Origin: a virus
Direction: 5' to 3' (one strand)
Virus record (IMG/VR): IMGVR_UViG_3300014349_000035
Span: 1 to 52,113 of that record
Length of the DNA: 52,113 bases
The notes under the pieces are model-generated. The model was given only the letters and a program-made list of their open reading frames with translations, did no database searches and was not told the DNA's origin. Below, piece by piece: positions 17,023-25,061 of the stretch. Numbering within the stretch: the stretch's first letter is position 1; each line of letters opens with the position of its first letter. The translations under genes were made by a program, and so were the position numbers.

Positions 17023-17438
17023 TGACGACCCGCCAGGACCTGATCATCCGCCAGGGCGAGACGTGGTCCTTCGTCTGGACGAAGCGCGACGCCGCCGGCG
17101 CCGCCGTTGACCTCACGGGCTACAGCGCCCGCATGGCGATCCGCGATCGGATCGGCGGTGCGAACCTTCAGGCGCTGCTCTCATCGACCGGCGACACCGG
17201 CGGCACGATCACGCTGGGCGGCGCTGCCGGCACGGTGACGATGTCCATGACGGCGGCCCAGAGCGCGGTGCTTGCGGCCACCATGGCGACCCTCTCGGTG
17301 ATGATCGCCGCGCAGGAGCCTGAGGGTCTCTCGCCGACGGAGACCTACGCCTACGACCTGCAGCTCACGAGCCCGGCCGGCGTCGTGACGCGGGAACTTG
17401 AAGGTCAGGTCCTCGTGCATCGCAGGGTGACGGTCTGA
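17022..17438 (+). CDS. hypothetical virion protein
   Basis: 138 aa, beta-rich, ATGA-coupled on both sides. Confidence 0.55.
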   Translation: MTTRQDLIIRQGETWSFVWTKRDAAGAAVDLTGYSARMAIRDRIGGANLQALLSSTGDTGGTITLGGAAGTVTMSMTAAQSAVLAATMATLSVMIAAQEPEGLSPTETYAYDLQLTSPAGVVTRELEGQVLVHRRVTV

Positions 17439-17956
17439 TGTCGCTCACCGTCGAAACCGGAACGGGCGTCCAGGGCGCGGAGTCCTACGCCACGATCGCC
17501 TACATCGACGCCTACTGGGCGGCCCGCACCCACGACGCCCGTTCGGCAACGTGGACGGCAGCTACGACGGCAAAGAAGGAAGGCGCAGCCCGGGAGGCCA
17601 CGGCGTTCATCGACGGCGTCTGGGGACCTTCCTATCGCGGCGTGCGGCGCGGCTATGTCCAGGGCCTGGAGTACCCGCGCACTGGCGCCCAGGACGACGC
17701 GAGCTACGACCTGCCAGACCTGCCGCCGCAGCTTCCCATGGCCGTTGCCGAACTCGCGCCCAAGGCCCTCAGCGGCCCGTTGGCGCCGGACGTCAAGGCC
17801 GGCGGCGGGATCATCAAGCGCGTGAAGGCCGACAACGTCGAGGTCGAGTACGAGGTCAACCGGGAGACCGCGAAGACCTATCCGGCCGTGGCCCGCATCC
17901 TCGCCCCGCTGCTGCGTGCTGACGAGGGCGGCTGGAACTACGGCTTCGCCGGCTAG
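17438..17956 (+). CDS. head-tail connector/adaptor-like protein (gp6-/DnaT-like N-terminal pattern)
   Basis: YATIAYIDAYWAART ... KEGAAREATAFID pattern. Located in the head-completion region. Confidence 0.5.
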   Translation: MSLTVETGTGVQGAESYATIAYIDAYWAARTHDARSATWTAATTAKKEGAAREATAFIDGVWGPSYRGVRRGYVQGLEYPRTGAQDDASYDLPDLPPQLPMAVAELAPKALSGPLAPDVKAGGGIIKRVKADNVEVEYEVNRETAKTYPAVARILAPLLRADEGGWNYGFAG

Positions 17957-17961
17957 GGCAG

Positions 17962-18957
17962 ATGCGGACTGACCGCCTCGCCAAGCTGATCGCCGACTGG
18001 GAGCCGCAGATCGCCGAGGCCTTCCTCGCGGCCGTGCGGGAGATCACGAACGAGGTCCGGTTCTCCGATCTCGTCGCGGCGATCAAGGCCGGGGATGTCG
18101 AGGGAGCGATCCGGCTGGTCGGACTGGACCCGCTGCAGTTCCGGGCGCTTGACCGGGCGATCGAGCAGGCCTTCGAGGACGCAGGCGTACAGACCATGCA
18201 GGGGATGCGCGGGCCGCTCGGCCTTCGCCTGGCGCCTCGCTTCGACTTCCGGGCGCCTGACGCCCAAGCATGGCTTCGCTCGCACGCGACGGAGCTCATC
18301 CGACAGATCACCGACGACCAGCGTGTGCTGATCCGGCAAGCGCTGGCTCCGCTGCGCTCTCCCCTCGACCCGATGATCACCGGCGATACGCCGCAAAAGC
18401 TGGCGCTCGACCTCGTCGGACGGGTCAATCGCGCGACCAACGCCCGCGAGGGGGGCATCCTCGGCTTGACGTCGCAGCAAGCCCGCTGGGCCGCCAACTA
18501 CGCCCGCGAGGTCGCGAATGCTGACCCGGCGGCGTTGACCCGCCTTCTCCGCGACCGCCGCTATGACGCTACGATCCGCAAGGCCATCCGCACGGGGCAG
18601 CCGATCGCCAAAGACCTGCAGGAGCGCATGGTCGAAGCCTACCGGAGTCGGGCCCTACGGCGTCGCGCCGAGACCATCGCGCTCAACGAGGCGGGGGAGG
18701 TCCTTCGCCGGGCTCAGCAAGAGGCCTGGGACCAGGTCATCGCCCGCGGCGTCGTGGCAGAGACCCGGGTCAAGCGCTTCTGGATCACGGTCGGCGATGA
18801 TCGGGTTCGTCCGACGCACGCGGCCGTGCCTGGCATGAACAAGGAAGGCGTGGGCCTGAAGCAGCCGTTTCAGACGCCCAAGGGGCCGGCGCTCAACCCC
18901 GGTTGGTCGTTTGATCCGGGTTGCCGCTGCCGGGTCCGGATCCGGCTGGCCGAGTAA
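17962..18957 (+). CDS. head morphogenesis protein (Mu F / SPP1 gp7-like)
   Basis: C-terminal RFWITVGDDRVRPTHAAVPGMNKEGV ... GCRCRV matches the Mu-F-like minor capsid domain. Confidence 0.8.
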   Translation: MRTDRLAKLIADWEPQIAEAFLAAVREITNEVRFSDLVAAIKAGDVEGAIRLVGLDPLQFRALDRAIEQAFEDAGVQTMQGMRGPLGLRLAPRFDFRAPDAQAWLRSHATELIRQITDDQRVLIRQALAPLRSPLDPMITGDTPQKLALDLVGRVNRATNAREGGILGLTSQQARWAANYAREVANADPAALTRLLRDRRYDATIRKAIRTGQPIAKDLQERMVEAYRSRALRRRAETIALNEAGEVLRRAQQEAWDQVIARGVVAETRVKRFWITVGDDRVRPTHAAVPGMNKEGVGLKQPFQTPKGPALNPGWSFDPGCRCRVRIRLAE

Positions 18958-19144
18958 CGCCAGGAACCTCGTCGGCGCCGTCCTCGGCGGCTTTCTCGAG
19001 GCCGAGCATAAGCAGCGAGACAGCGGCGCGGGCCGTCGTCAGAGCGGTGTGGGCCCGGACAGTCTCGCCGGGGTCGACGCCAAGGGCGTCGGATGCTCGG
19101 GCCAGCCGGTCGAGAGCTTCTTGATCTGACAGTTTCCGCGCCAT
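18893..19144 (-). CDS. possible small antisense gene in the 216-nt gap of the head module (very uncertain)
   Basis: MARKLSDQEALDRLARASDALGVDPGETVRAHTALTTARAAVSLLMLGLEKAAEDG reads as helical protein. No good + strand ORF in the gap. Weak RBS. The 3' end overlaps the upstream gene. Confidence 0.25.
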   Translation of the reverse strand: MARKLSDQEALDRLARASDALGVDPGETVRAHTALTTARAAVSLLMLGLEKAAEDGADEVPGVTRPAGSGPGSGNPDQTTNRG

Positions 19145-19173
19145 CGGGCGCACCGTAGCCCAGGGAGGACGGC

Positions 19174-19560
19174 GTGGCGATATTCGATGATCTCCCGGGC
19201 ATTCTGTCCGACACGCTGGCCGAGCTGGACGCCAACGAGGGCTTGGGTGTCACCGTCACATTCACCCACACGACTGGCGGGACCTACAACACCGCTACTC
19301 GAACCGTCGGCGCGGGGGCTAGCTTGACCGAGAGCGCGCTCGCTGTGATCGCGGACGTGCGCGGGAAGGAACTCATCGAAGGCCAGATCATCGCTGGCGA
19401 CAAGAAGCTGACGATCGCCGGGCCCGATCTGGCGACCGAACCGCTGCCGGGGTCATCGACCGTCGAGATCAACGGCGTGGTCATGACCGTCCTTCGGGTC
19501 GCCAAGACGCAGCCGGGTGACGACGTCGCGCTGTGGTCCATCTTCTGCGGTCGCCGCTGA
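19174..19560 (+). CDS. head-tail joining (head-closure-like) protein
   Basis: 128 aa. GTG start after GGGAGG. Precedes the gp10-like gene. Confidence 0.55.
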   Translation: MAIFDDLPGILSDTLAELDANEGLGVTVTFTHTTGGTYNTATRTVGAGASLTESALAVIADVRGKELIEGQIIAGDKKLTIAGPDLATEPLPGSSTVEINGVVMTVLRVAKTQPGDDVALWSIFCGRR

Positions 19561-19997
19561 TGGGAGCGTTTGCGGACCAGCTCGCAGCCTTCAAGAACCT
19601 CACCATGGCGCGCGTCCACAACACGGTGCGGGAGACCGTGATCGGCGCTGGGGAACGGCTGATCGATCTCTCGCCCATCGGCGCCCCCGAAACGTGGAAG
19701 CGCAAGCCGCCAAAGGACTACGTCCCGGGCCACTTCATTTCGAACTGGAACTACAGCCTCATGACCCCGGACCGGGCGGTGCAGCAACGCACCGACATCC
19801 GCGCCGTCAACTACCTCGAGGACCTGCCGACCGAAGCTGGGGGCCTCATCCACTACATCAGCAACTCCGTCGAGTACGGCCCGGCACTGGAGCGCGGCCA
19901 TTCCGGCCAGGCGCCGCTGGGGATGGTTGGGATCACAGAACTGGAACTGCCCCAAATCCTGCGGGCGGCAGTCGAGAAGGCCAAGGCGAAGGCATGA
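19560..19997 (+). CDS. HK97 gp10-like tail-completion protein
   Basis: 145 aa from the ATG at 19560. NSVEYGPALERGHS motif typical of the gp10 family. Confidence 0.7.
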   Translation: MGAFADQLAAFKNLTMARVHNTVRETVIGAGERLIDLSPIGAPETWKRKPPKDYVPGHFISNWNYSLMTPDRAVQQRTDIRAVNYLEDLPTEAGGLIHYISNSVEYGPALERGHSGQAPLGMVGITELELPQILRAAVEKAKAKA

Positions 19998-20401
19998 GCG
20001 TTCTTCACATCGGAGCCGCGCTCGAGGCGGCTCTCGACGCCATATCGCCGCCGATCGACACGGACTGGGAAAACGGCCAGGCATTCGAGCCGATCAACGG
20101 CACGCCATACCAAGCGGTCAGCGTCCTGTTCGCCCGGCCCGACAACGCAGAGATCGGCCCTCAGTACGTCCAGCGCGGCTTCATGCAGGTGACGCTGATG
20201 TATCCACTCAACGCGGGTTCGGGCGCAGCGGTCGCCCGCGCCGATCTGCTCCGCTCGACCTTTCGCCGGGGCCTGTCCCTGACATCCGGCGGCGTCATCG
20301 TCACCATCGAGAAGACGCCCGAGATCATGCCCGGCTTCCGCGACGGCGACCGTTACGCCGTGCCGGTGCGTGTCCCGTTCTTCGCCCCTGTCAACACTTA
20401 G
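19994..20401 (+). CDS. tail terminator-like protein
   Basis: 135 aa from the ATG at 19994 (ATGA coupling). Lies just before the tube gene. Confidence 0.55.
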   Translation: MSVLHIGAALEAALDAISPPIDTDWENGQAFEPINGTPYQAVSVLFARPDNAEIGPQYVQRGFMQVTLMYPLNAGSGAAVARADLLRSTFRRGLSLTSGGVIVTIEKTPEIMPGFRDGDRYAVPVRVPFFAPVNT

Positions 20402-20494
20402 GCCGAACAGGCCACCGCATTCCGGCGCGCCCCGCGTCCGGCCCCGGCGACCGACCCCGGCACGCCGATCCCCTCCTCTTGAAAGGATCACGTC

Positions 20495-21724
20495 ATGGCC
20501 GTTGCTCAGGGCCTCTACAAGCAAACCGTCTTCGCCAAGCAGTCCGGCCTCGGTACGCCGGCGACCACTGGCGGCCGCATCATGCGCCGGACGAACTCCA
20601 AGTTCGACCTGATGCGCGACACCTACGAGTCGAACGAGATCGTCAGCCACCAGCAGTCGACCGGCGCGAACGCGGGCATCGTCAAGACGTCGGGCAAGAT
20701 CGACTTCCTGATGTCGCCGCTGACGCAATCGCTGCTGTTCGCCTCGCTGCTGCGCAAGGACTTCGTGGCCGGCTTCACGGCGATCACCGGCGCCTCCATC
20801 ACCGTGGGCGCCGCGTCGGGCGGCCTGAACAACATTACCCGCGCCTCGGGCTCCTGGCTGACTGACGGCGTGAAGGTCGGCGATGTCGTCCGCTTTACGG
20901 CCGGCTCGATGGCTGCCGGCAATCTCAACAACAACATCCTGGTGGTCTCGATCACGTCTGCCACGGTGTTCGTCGGCAAGGTGCTGTCGGGCACTGCCCT
21001 GACGGCTGAGGGTCCGGTCGCGAGCGTCACCGTGACCTTCCAGGGCAAGAAGACCTACGTCCCGCTCACCGGCCACACCAAGGACTACTGGACGGTCGAG
21101 GAGTGCTACACCGACCTGGCGAAGTATGAGCAGTTCACCGACTGCGGCATCAGCAAGGCCGACATCTCGATCCCGGCCACCGGCAATGCGACGGTCAGCT
21201 TCGACGTGCCCGGCCTCAACCGCACGCGCAGCACCTCGGCCACGGTCGTCTCGCCGACCGCCGAGACCACGACCAACGTCCTGACCGCCGTCAACGGCGC
21301 TGTGATCGTCAACGGCGCCGTCACGACCATCACCGGGGCCACCATCACCATCGACGGGCATATCTCGCCCGGCGAGGCCGAGGTGGGCTCCAACACCATC
21401 GGCGACCTGATCCGCGGGGAAGTTTCGGTCTCGGGCAACTTCACCGCCAAGTTCTCGGCGACGACTCTTCAGGACATCTACGACAACCAAACCCTGGTGT
21501 CGCTGGTCCTGGCGATCACGGACGGCAGTTCCAAGACGGCCGACTTCGTGACGATCACGCTGCCGCAGATCAAGCTGTTCAGCGATGGCGCGGACGACGG
21601 CGAGGCCAAGGAAATCATCCGGACGTACGCCTTTACCGCGCAGATCCCGTCGACCACCGTCGGCGGCACGTCCCTGCAGCACTTCCAGACCATCTGCCAG
21701 ATCGTCGACAGCCAGGCCGCCTAA
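20495..21724 (+). CDS. major tail (tube) protein
   Basis: 409 aa, position upstream of the chaperone pair, followed by a hairpin. Confidence 0.65.
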   Translation: MAVAQGLYKQTVFAKQSGLGTPATTGGRIMRRTNSKFDLMRDTYESNEIVSHQQSTGANAGIVKTSGKIDFLMSPLTQSLLFASLLRKDFVAGFTAITGASITVGAASGGLNNITRASGSWLTDGVKVGDVVRFTAGSMAAGNLNNNILVVSITSATVFVGKVLSGTALTAEGPVASVTVTFQGKKTYVPLTGHTKDYWTVEECYTDLAKYEQFTDCGISKADISIPATGNATVSFDVPGLNRTRSTSATVVSPTAETTTNVLTAVNGAVIVNGAVTTITGATITIDGHISPGEAEVGSNTIGDLIRGEVSVSGNFTAKFSATTLQDIYDNQTLVSLVLAITDGSSKTADFVTITLPQIKLFSDGADDGEAKEIIRTYAFTAQIPSTTVGGTSLQHFQTICQIVDSQAA

Positions 21725-21745
21725 GCCTGAGCGACGACACGCGAA

Positions 21746-21769
21746 GGCCGGCGGGGAAACCTGCCGGCC
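21746..21769 (+). terminator. hairpin after the major tail gene
   Basis: GGCCGGC-10 nt loop-GCCGGCC. Confidence 0.4.
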
Positions 21770-21817
21770 GAACACTTCAGCCCGGGCATCCCGCCTGCGC
21801 CATATCCCGAGGGACAG

Positions 21818-22255
21818 ATGAGCAAGACCAACACCGCCCCGTTCTCGATCGCCGACATCGAGGCCCAGGTCGCCACCGAGGAGACCGTCGACTTCGAGCC
21901 GACCCTGCCGGACGGCATCACGCCCTCGGGCGCCATCTTCAAGATCAAGTCCGACCTCGCGCCGAGCGTCGACGCCCGGCTCAAGGAGATGCTCGACCAG
22001 ATGAAGCGCCAGGACCAGCTGCGCGCCGCGCAGGCGGCCAAGGCGCGGCCGGGCGAGGTCATCGAGAGCACCGACGCGCAGGACCTGTTCGGCCGCCGGC
22101 TGATCGCCGTCCGCGTCGCGGGCTGGAACCTGCCGGACGAGTTCAACGAGGCGAACCTGCTCAAGCTGCTCAAGGGCTGGACAGGCCTCGGCGCGCAGAT
22201 CCTCGAGAAGTCGGCCGAACTCGCCCGTTTTACGCCGACCTCGCCGAAGGCCTGA
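21818..22255 (+). CDS. tail assembly chaperone (gpG-like)
   Basis: 145 aa, acidic, located between the tube gene and the tape measure region. Confidence 0.65.
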   Translation: MSKTNTAPFSIADIEAQVATEETVDFEPTLPDGITPSGAIFKIKSDLAPSVDARLKEMLDQMKRQDQLRAAQAAKARPGEVIESTDAQDLFGRRLIAVRVAGWNLPDEFNEANLLKLLKGWTGLGAQILEKSAELARFTPTSPKA

Positions 22256-22341
22256 TCGCCTACGCCGAGGGGCAATTCGAACTAGAGCGGCTGGTCGGAG
22301 AGGGATCGCTCAAGGCGCCTCGTCGCATCCATCTGGAGGCG

Positions 22342-22617
22342 ATGGCCCGGCAGGGCGACATCGAGGCCGAGAACGAACTCTACAACGGCCCGCAGCTTCC
22401 GCCGCTCGCCGCGTATCTGTGGAACTGGTGGATCGAACTCGCGGCCACCCGAACCAACAGCGGCTTCGGCCCGAACCCGATCACCCGCCATGATCTGCAC
22501 GCCTGGGAGGCCGACACGCACCACCGCCTCCGGGCATGGGAGCGACAGGCGATCCTGCGCATCGACGCCCTCTGGCTGGCCTCCGTCAGGGCAGCTGACG
22601 AGAAGGAGAGCAAGTAG
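22342..22617 (+). CDS. tail assembly chaperone second ORF (gpT-like), in the -1 frame relative to 21818..22255
   Basis: The frame is open far upstream of its first ATG with no in-frame ATG/GTG/TTG, and it overlaps the whole end of the gpG-like gene. LWNWWIEL ... ITRHDLHAWE ... WERQAILRID pattern. Confidence 0.55.
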   Translation: MARQGDIEAENELYNGPQLPPLAAYLWNWWIELAATRTNSGFGPNPITRHDLHAWEADTHHRLRAWERQAILRIDALWLASVRAADEKESK

Positions 22618-22665
22618 ACGAGCGCGACAACCGCAAGTAGCCTCGCGGCGCGTAGTGGGGAGGAA

Positions 22666-22977
22666 GTGCTCGTGGAAATCCTGATCATCGCCGTCATCAT
22701 CGGCCTGCTGCCGGCGTTCATCGCCAGGTCCAAAGGCTACAACTTCTTCGGCTGGTGGCTGTTCGGCGCTGCGCTCTGGATCGTCGCGTTCCCGATGGCG
22801 CTGACCCTGAAGCCGAACAAGAAGGTGATCGAGGCTCGGCAGATGGCGCTGAACGACATGAAGAAGTGCCCGCAATGCGCCGAGCTGATCAAGCGCGAGG
22901 CCAGGGTCTGCCGGTTCTGTGGTGCGGACTTCACTGGCGGCGCGGCGTCAACAGAAGGCGCCGCAGCGAACGTCTAG
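22666..22977 (+). CDS. membrane protein with C-terminal zinc ribbon
   Basis: GTG start 5 nt after GGGGAGGAA. Two TM helices (ILIIAVIIGLLPAFI, WWLFGAALWIVAFPMAL). CPQC ... CRFCG. Confidence 0.7.
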   Translation: MLVEILIIAVIIGLLPAFIARSKGYNFFGWWLFGAALWIVAFPMALTLKPNKKVIEARQMALNDMKKCPQCAELIKREARVCRFCGADFTGGAASTEGAAANV

Positions 22978-23192
22978 GGCCTCAACAAGCCCATCCCGAT
23001 CAGCGCCTCGGCGGCCAGCCGGCGCAGCGCCTCGGGGCGGGACAGTTCCTCCGGCGGGATGCGGTCGCGCTGCTCGGCAATCCAGGTGTCGACGGCGTTC
23101 AGCAGGTCGGGCGGAACCCTAACGCCGACGTGGACCGAGCCGACCGGCGGGCGTCCTCGCTTTTTTCTGTCATCAGATATTGACGTCATCAT
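22974..23192 (-). CDS. ribbon-helix-helix (CopG/Arc-like) regulator
   Basis: 72 aa from ATGATG at 23192. KKRGRPP, then VGVRVPPDLLNAVDTWIAEQ ... SRPEALRRLAAEAL (beta-alpha-alpha). Stop overlaps the convergent upstream gene's stop (CTAG). Confidence 0.7.
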   Translation of the reverse strand: MMTSISDDRKKRGRPPVGSVHVGVRVPPDLLNAVDTWIAEQRDRIPPEELSRPEALRRLAAEALIGMGLLRP

Positions 23193-23209
23193 TAAACGAT
23201 GACAGAAAA
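23163..23209. promoter_or_regulatory. 12-bp perfect inverted repeat bracketing the RHH start codon, in an AT-rich patch
   Basis: TTTTCTGTCATC-23 nt-GATGACAGAAAA. The spacer contains TGACGTCA and the ATGATG start (minus strand). GTCATC/GATGAC hexamer occurs three times. Confidence 0.5.
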
Positions 23210-23280
23210 GACGGGCCGGAGCAAGGAGGCAACCTTGCAACCGGCCCTGACCTGAACCGACGATCACTGGAGGATCGCGA

Positions 23281-23697
23281 ATGGCCCAAGCTGGCCGTAT
23301 CTATACCCGTCCCCGGCCCGAGCCGGAAGTTGCCGCCGCGAACGTTCGCGCAATGCTCGCTCCCTTCTTCAGGGGCGACATGCGCGGCGGCGCTGCTGCT
23401 GAACCGAACAATCGCCCGAACCTGCCGACGTCCGGCCGCGAGGCCCTGGAGCTGCTGGTCGAGCGTCTGATCGACGAGATGGACCGCATCGACGGCGACG
23501 CCGACCTCGAGCTCGAATGCGAGGACGAGGGCGCCGAGTGCAACGACGAGGGCTTCGACAGCGACAGCGAGCCGTGCCTCGGTCGCCCGGAGGCGCACTC
23601 GCTGATGAGCGGCATCGGCCCGCTCAGCGAGCGGCATCACCGCACCGGCGGACTGTTCGAGTTCGGCGGCGCCACCTTCGATGAGGCCTGCGTCTGA
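23281..23697 (+). CDS. acidic hypothetical protein
   Basis: 138 aa. Central DEMDRIDGDADLELECEDEGAECNDEGFDSDSEP block. Transcribed divergently from the RHH gene. Confidence 0.6.
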   Translation: MAQAGRIYTRPRPEPEVAAANVRAMLAPFFRGDMRGGAAAEPNNRPNLPTSGREALELLVERLIDEMDRIDGDADLELECEDEGAECNDEGFDSDSEPCLGRPEAHSLMSGIGPLSERHHRTGGLFEFGGATFDEACV

Positions 23698-24341
23698 TGG
23701 CCGTCGCGAAGACCACGACTGCGATCGAACTCCCGCCGCTGGCGCTGGAGACGGTCGAAATCCCGCTGATCGGAACCGCGCCGCTCATCGTTCATGCCTG
23801 GAGCGAGAAGGCGCTGCGGGCGATGGCCGACAAGCAGCAGAAGAAGGCCACCAAGGGCCGCGAGGCCAAGGACCCCCGCGCCGACTTCATCGGCTCGCTC
23901 TATCCGCTGACGGAACTGCCGGAGAAGCCGAGCGACGAAGACCTCGCCGCGGCCCGCTTCGGCTTCCCCGCGGTGGCGTTCAAGTCGGCGGCGGTCACGG
24001 CCTGCACGTCGACGGGCGCGATCACGAAGGTGGCCGCGAGGCAGGCCTTCCACGTCGAGGGCGAGATGGTCGAGATCATCGGCCCGCCGCCGGCGATGCG
24101 CGAGGACGTCTGCCGCGTCGGCATGGGCGTCGCCGACCTGCGCTACCGGGGTCAATTCGACCCGTGGGGCGTCAAGGTCCGCGTCCAGATCAACACGGCG
24201 GTCATCTCGCCGGAGCAGGTGGTCAACCTGTTCGGTCTGGCCGGGTTCGCGGTCGGCATCGGCGAGTGGCGTCCCGAGCGCGACGGCGGCTACGGTCGCT
24301 TCCGCGTCGCGGCGGCTGGTGAACTGGAGGCGCTGGCATGA
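23697..24341 (+). CDS. hypothetical protein (conserved-looking, function unknown)
   Basis: 214 aa, ATGA-coupled. GFPAVAFKSA ... DLRYRGQFDPW ... GIGEWRPERDGGYGRF. Confidence 0.65.
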   Translation: MAVAKTTTAIELPPLALETVEIPLIGTAPLIVHAWSEKALRAMADKQQKKATKGREAKDPRADFIGSLYPLTELPEKPSDEDLAAARFGFPAVAFKSAAVTACTSTGAITKVAARQAFHVEGEMVEIIGPPPAMREDVCRVGMGVADLRYRGQFDPWGVKVRVQINTAVISPEQVVNLFGLAGFAVGIGEWRPERDGGYGRFRVAAAGELEALA

Positions 24342-24823
24342 CGCGTGTCATCTACGGCTGGCGGTCTGGCTCGCGCGTCAATCTCGACGCGCAGCTTGCC
24401 GGTGAGGCTCTGGCGCGGCTCCAGAAGGGCAAGAACGACCTGCTGGAGCCCGCCGACATCGTGAACGCGGCGCGGGACGCGAAGTCCGTCCTGCACCCGC
24501 ACTTCGAGTGGGACGATACGGTCGCGGCGGAAGCCTACCGCTGCGATCAGGCCCGCGAACTGGTCCGGTCGCTGACGGTCGACGTCAGCCGGTCGAACCT
24601 TGAAGCGAAGCCCGTCCGGGCCTTCGTGAACGTCGAGGCGGGCGGCGAACGCGGCTACGTCTCGACCGTGACGGCGATGTCGTCGCAGGAACTACGGCAG
24701 CAGGTCATCGCCAAGGCCTGGGCCGAACTGGAGGCGTGGCGGCGACGTCACGCGGAGCTCACTGAACTCGGTCGTATCTTCTCGATGATCGACCAAGGGA
24801 TTGAGGCTCTGCCGGGCTCCTAG
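24338..24823 (+). CDS. hypothetical protein
   Basis: 161 aa, ATGA-coupled. LHPHFEWDDTVAAEAYRCDQARELVRSL motif. Confidence 0.65.
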   Translation: MTRVIYGWRSGSRVNLDAQLAGEALARLQKGKNDLLEPADIVNAARDAKSVLHPHFEWDDTVAAEAYRCDQARELVRSLTVDVSRSNLEAKPVRAFVNVEAGGERGYVSTVTAMSSQELRQQVIAKAWAELEAWRRRHAELTELGRIFSMIDQGIEALPGS

Positions 24824-24835
24824 CCCCGGCGAAAC

Positions 24836-25010
24836 GAGGCAGGCATGGCGGGGCATCGCAGGCCCCGGCCTGGCATGGCGTGGCCTGGCGTGCCCAGGTC
24901 AGGCGGGCCAAGGCAGGCAAGGCATGGCGAGGCGGCGTTAGGCGTCGCGCGGCATGGCGAGGCAGGCGTGGTCAGGCAAGGCGTTGCGGGGCGAGGCGGG
25001 TCTTCGCTTG
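24836..25010 (+). repeat. G-rich degenerate short repeats (GGCATGGCG x4, GGCAGGC/GGCGAGGC variants)
   Basis: GGCATGGCG at 24842, 24872, 24921 and 24951 (spacing 30/49/30). GGCATGGCGAGGC(G/A)GGCG occurs twice, 30 nt apart. Strong G over C skew on the + strand. Confidence 0.5.
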
Positions 25011-25035
25011 GCGAGCCAAGGCTGGTCAACTCAAG

Positions 25036-25061
25036 AAGGGCGGCTCTCGCGGGCCGCCCTT
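25036..25061 (+). terminator. 9-bp GC hairpin closing the accessory island (no U-tract)
   Basis: AAGGGCGGC-8 nt loop-GCCGCCCTT. Confidence 0.4.

Noticed and set aside
24836-25010. Possible CRISPR array or coding repeats (ORFs 24845..25072, 24880..25296, 24954..25139) in the G-rich repeat region.
   Set aside because: The repeats are 9-18 nt, degenerate and irregularly spaced (30/49/30), with no unique spacers of CRISPR size and no cas genes. The ORFs are open in all three frames and give repetitive Arg/Gly/Trp text.
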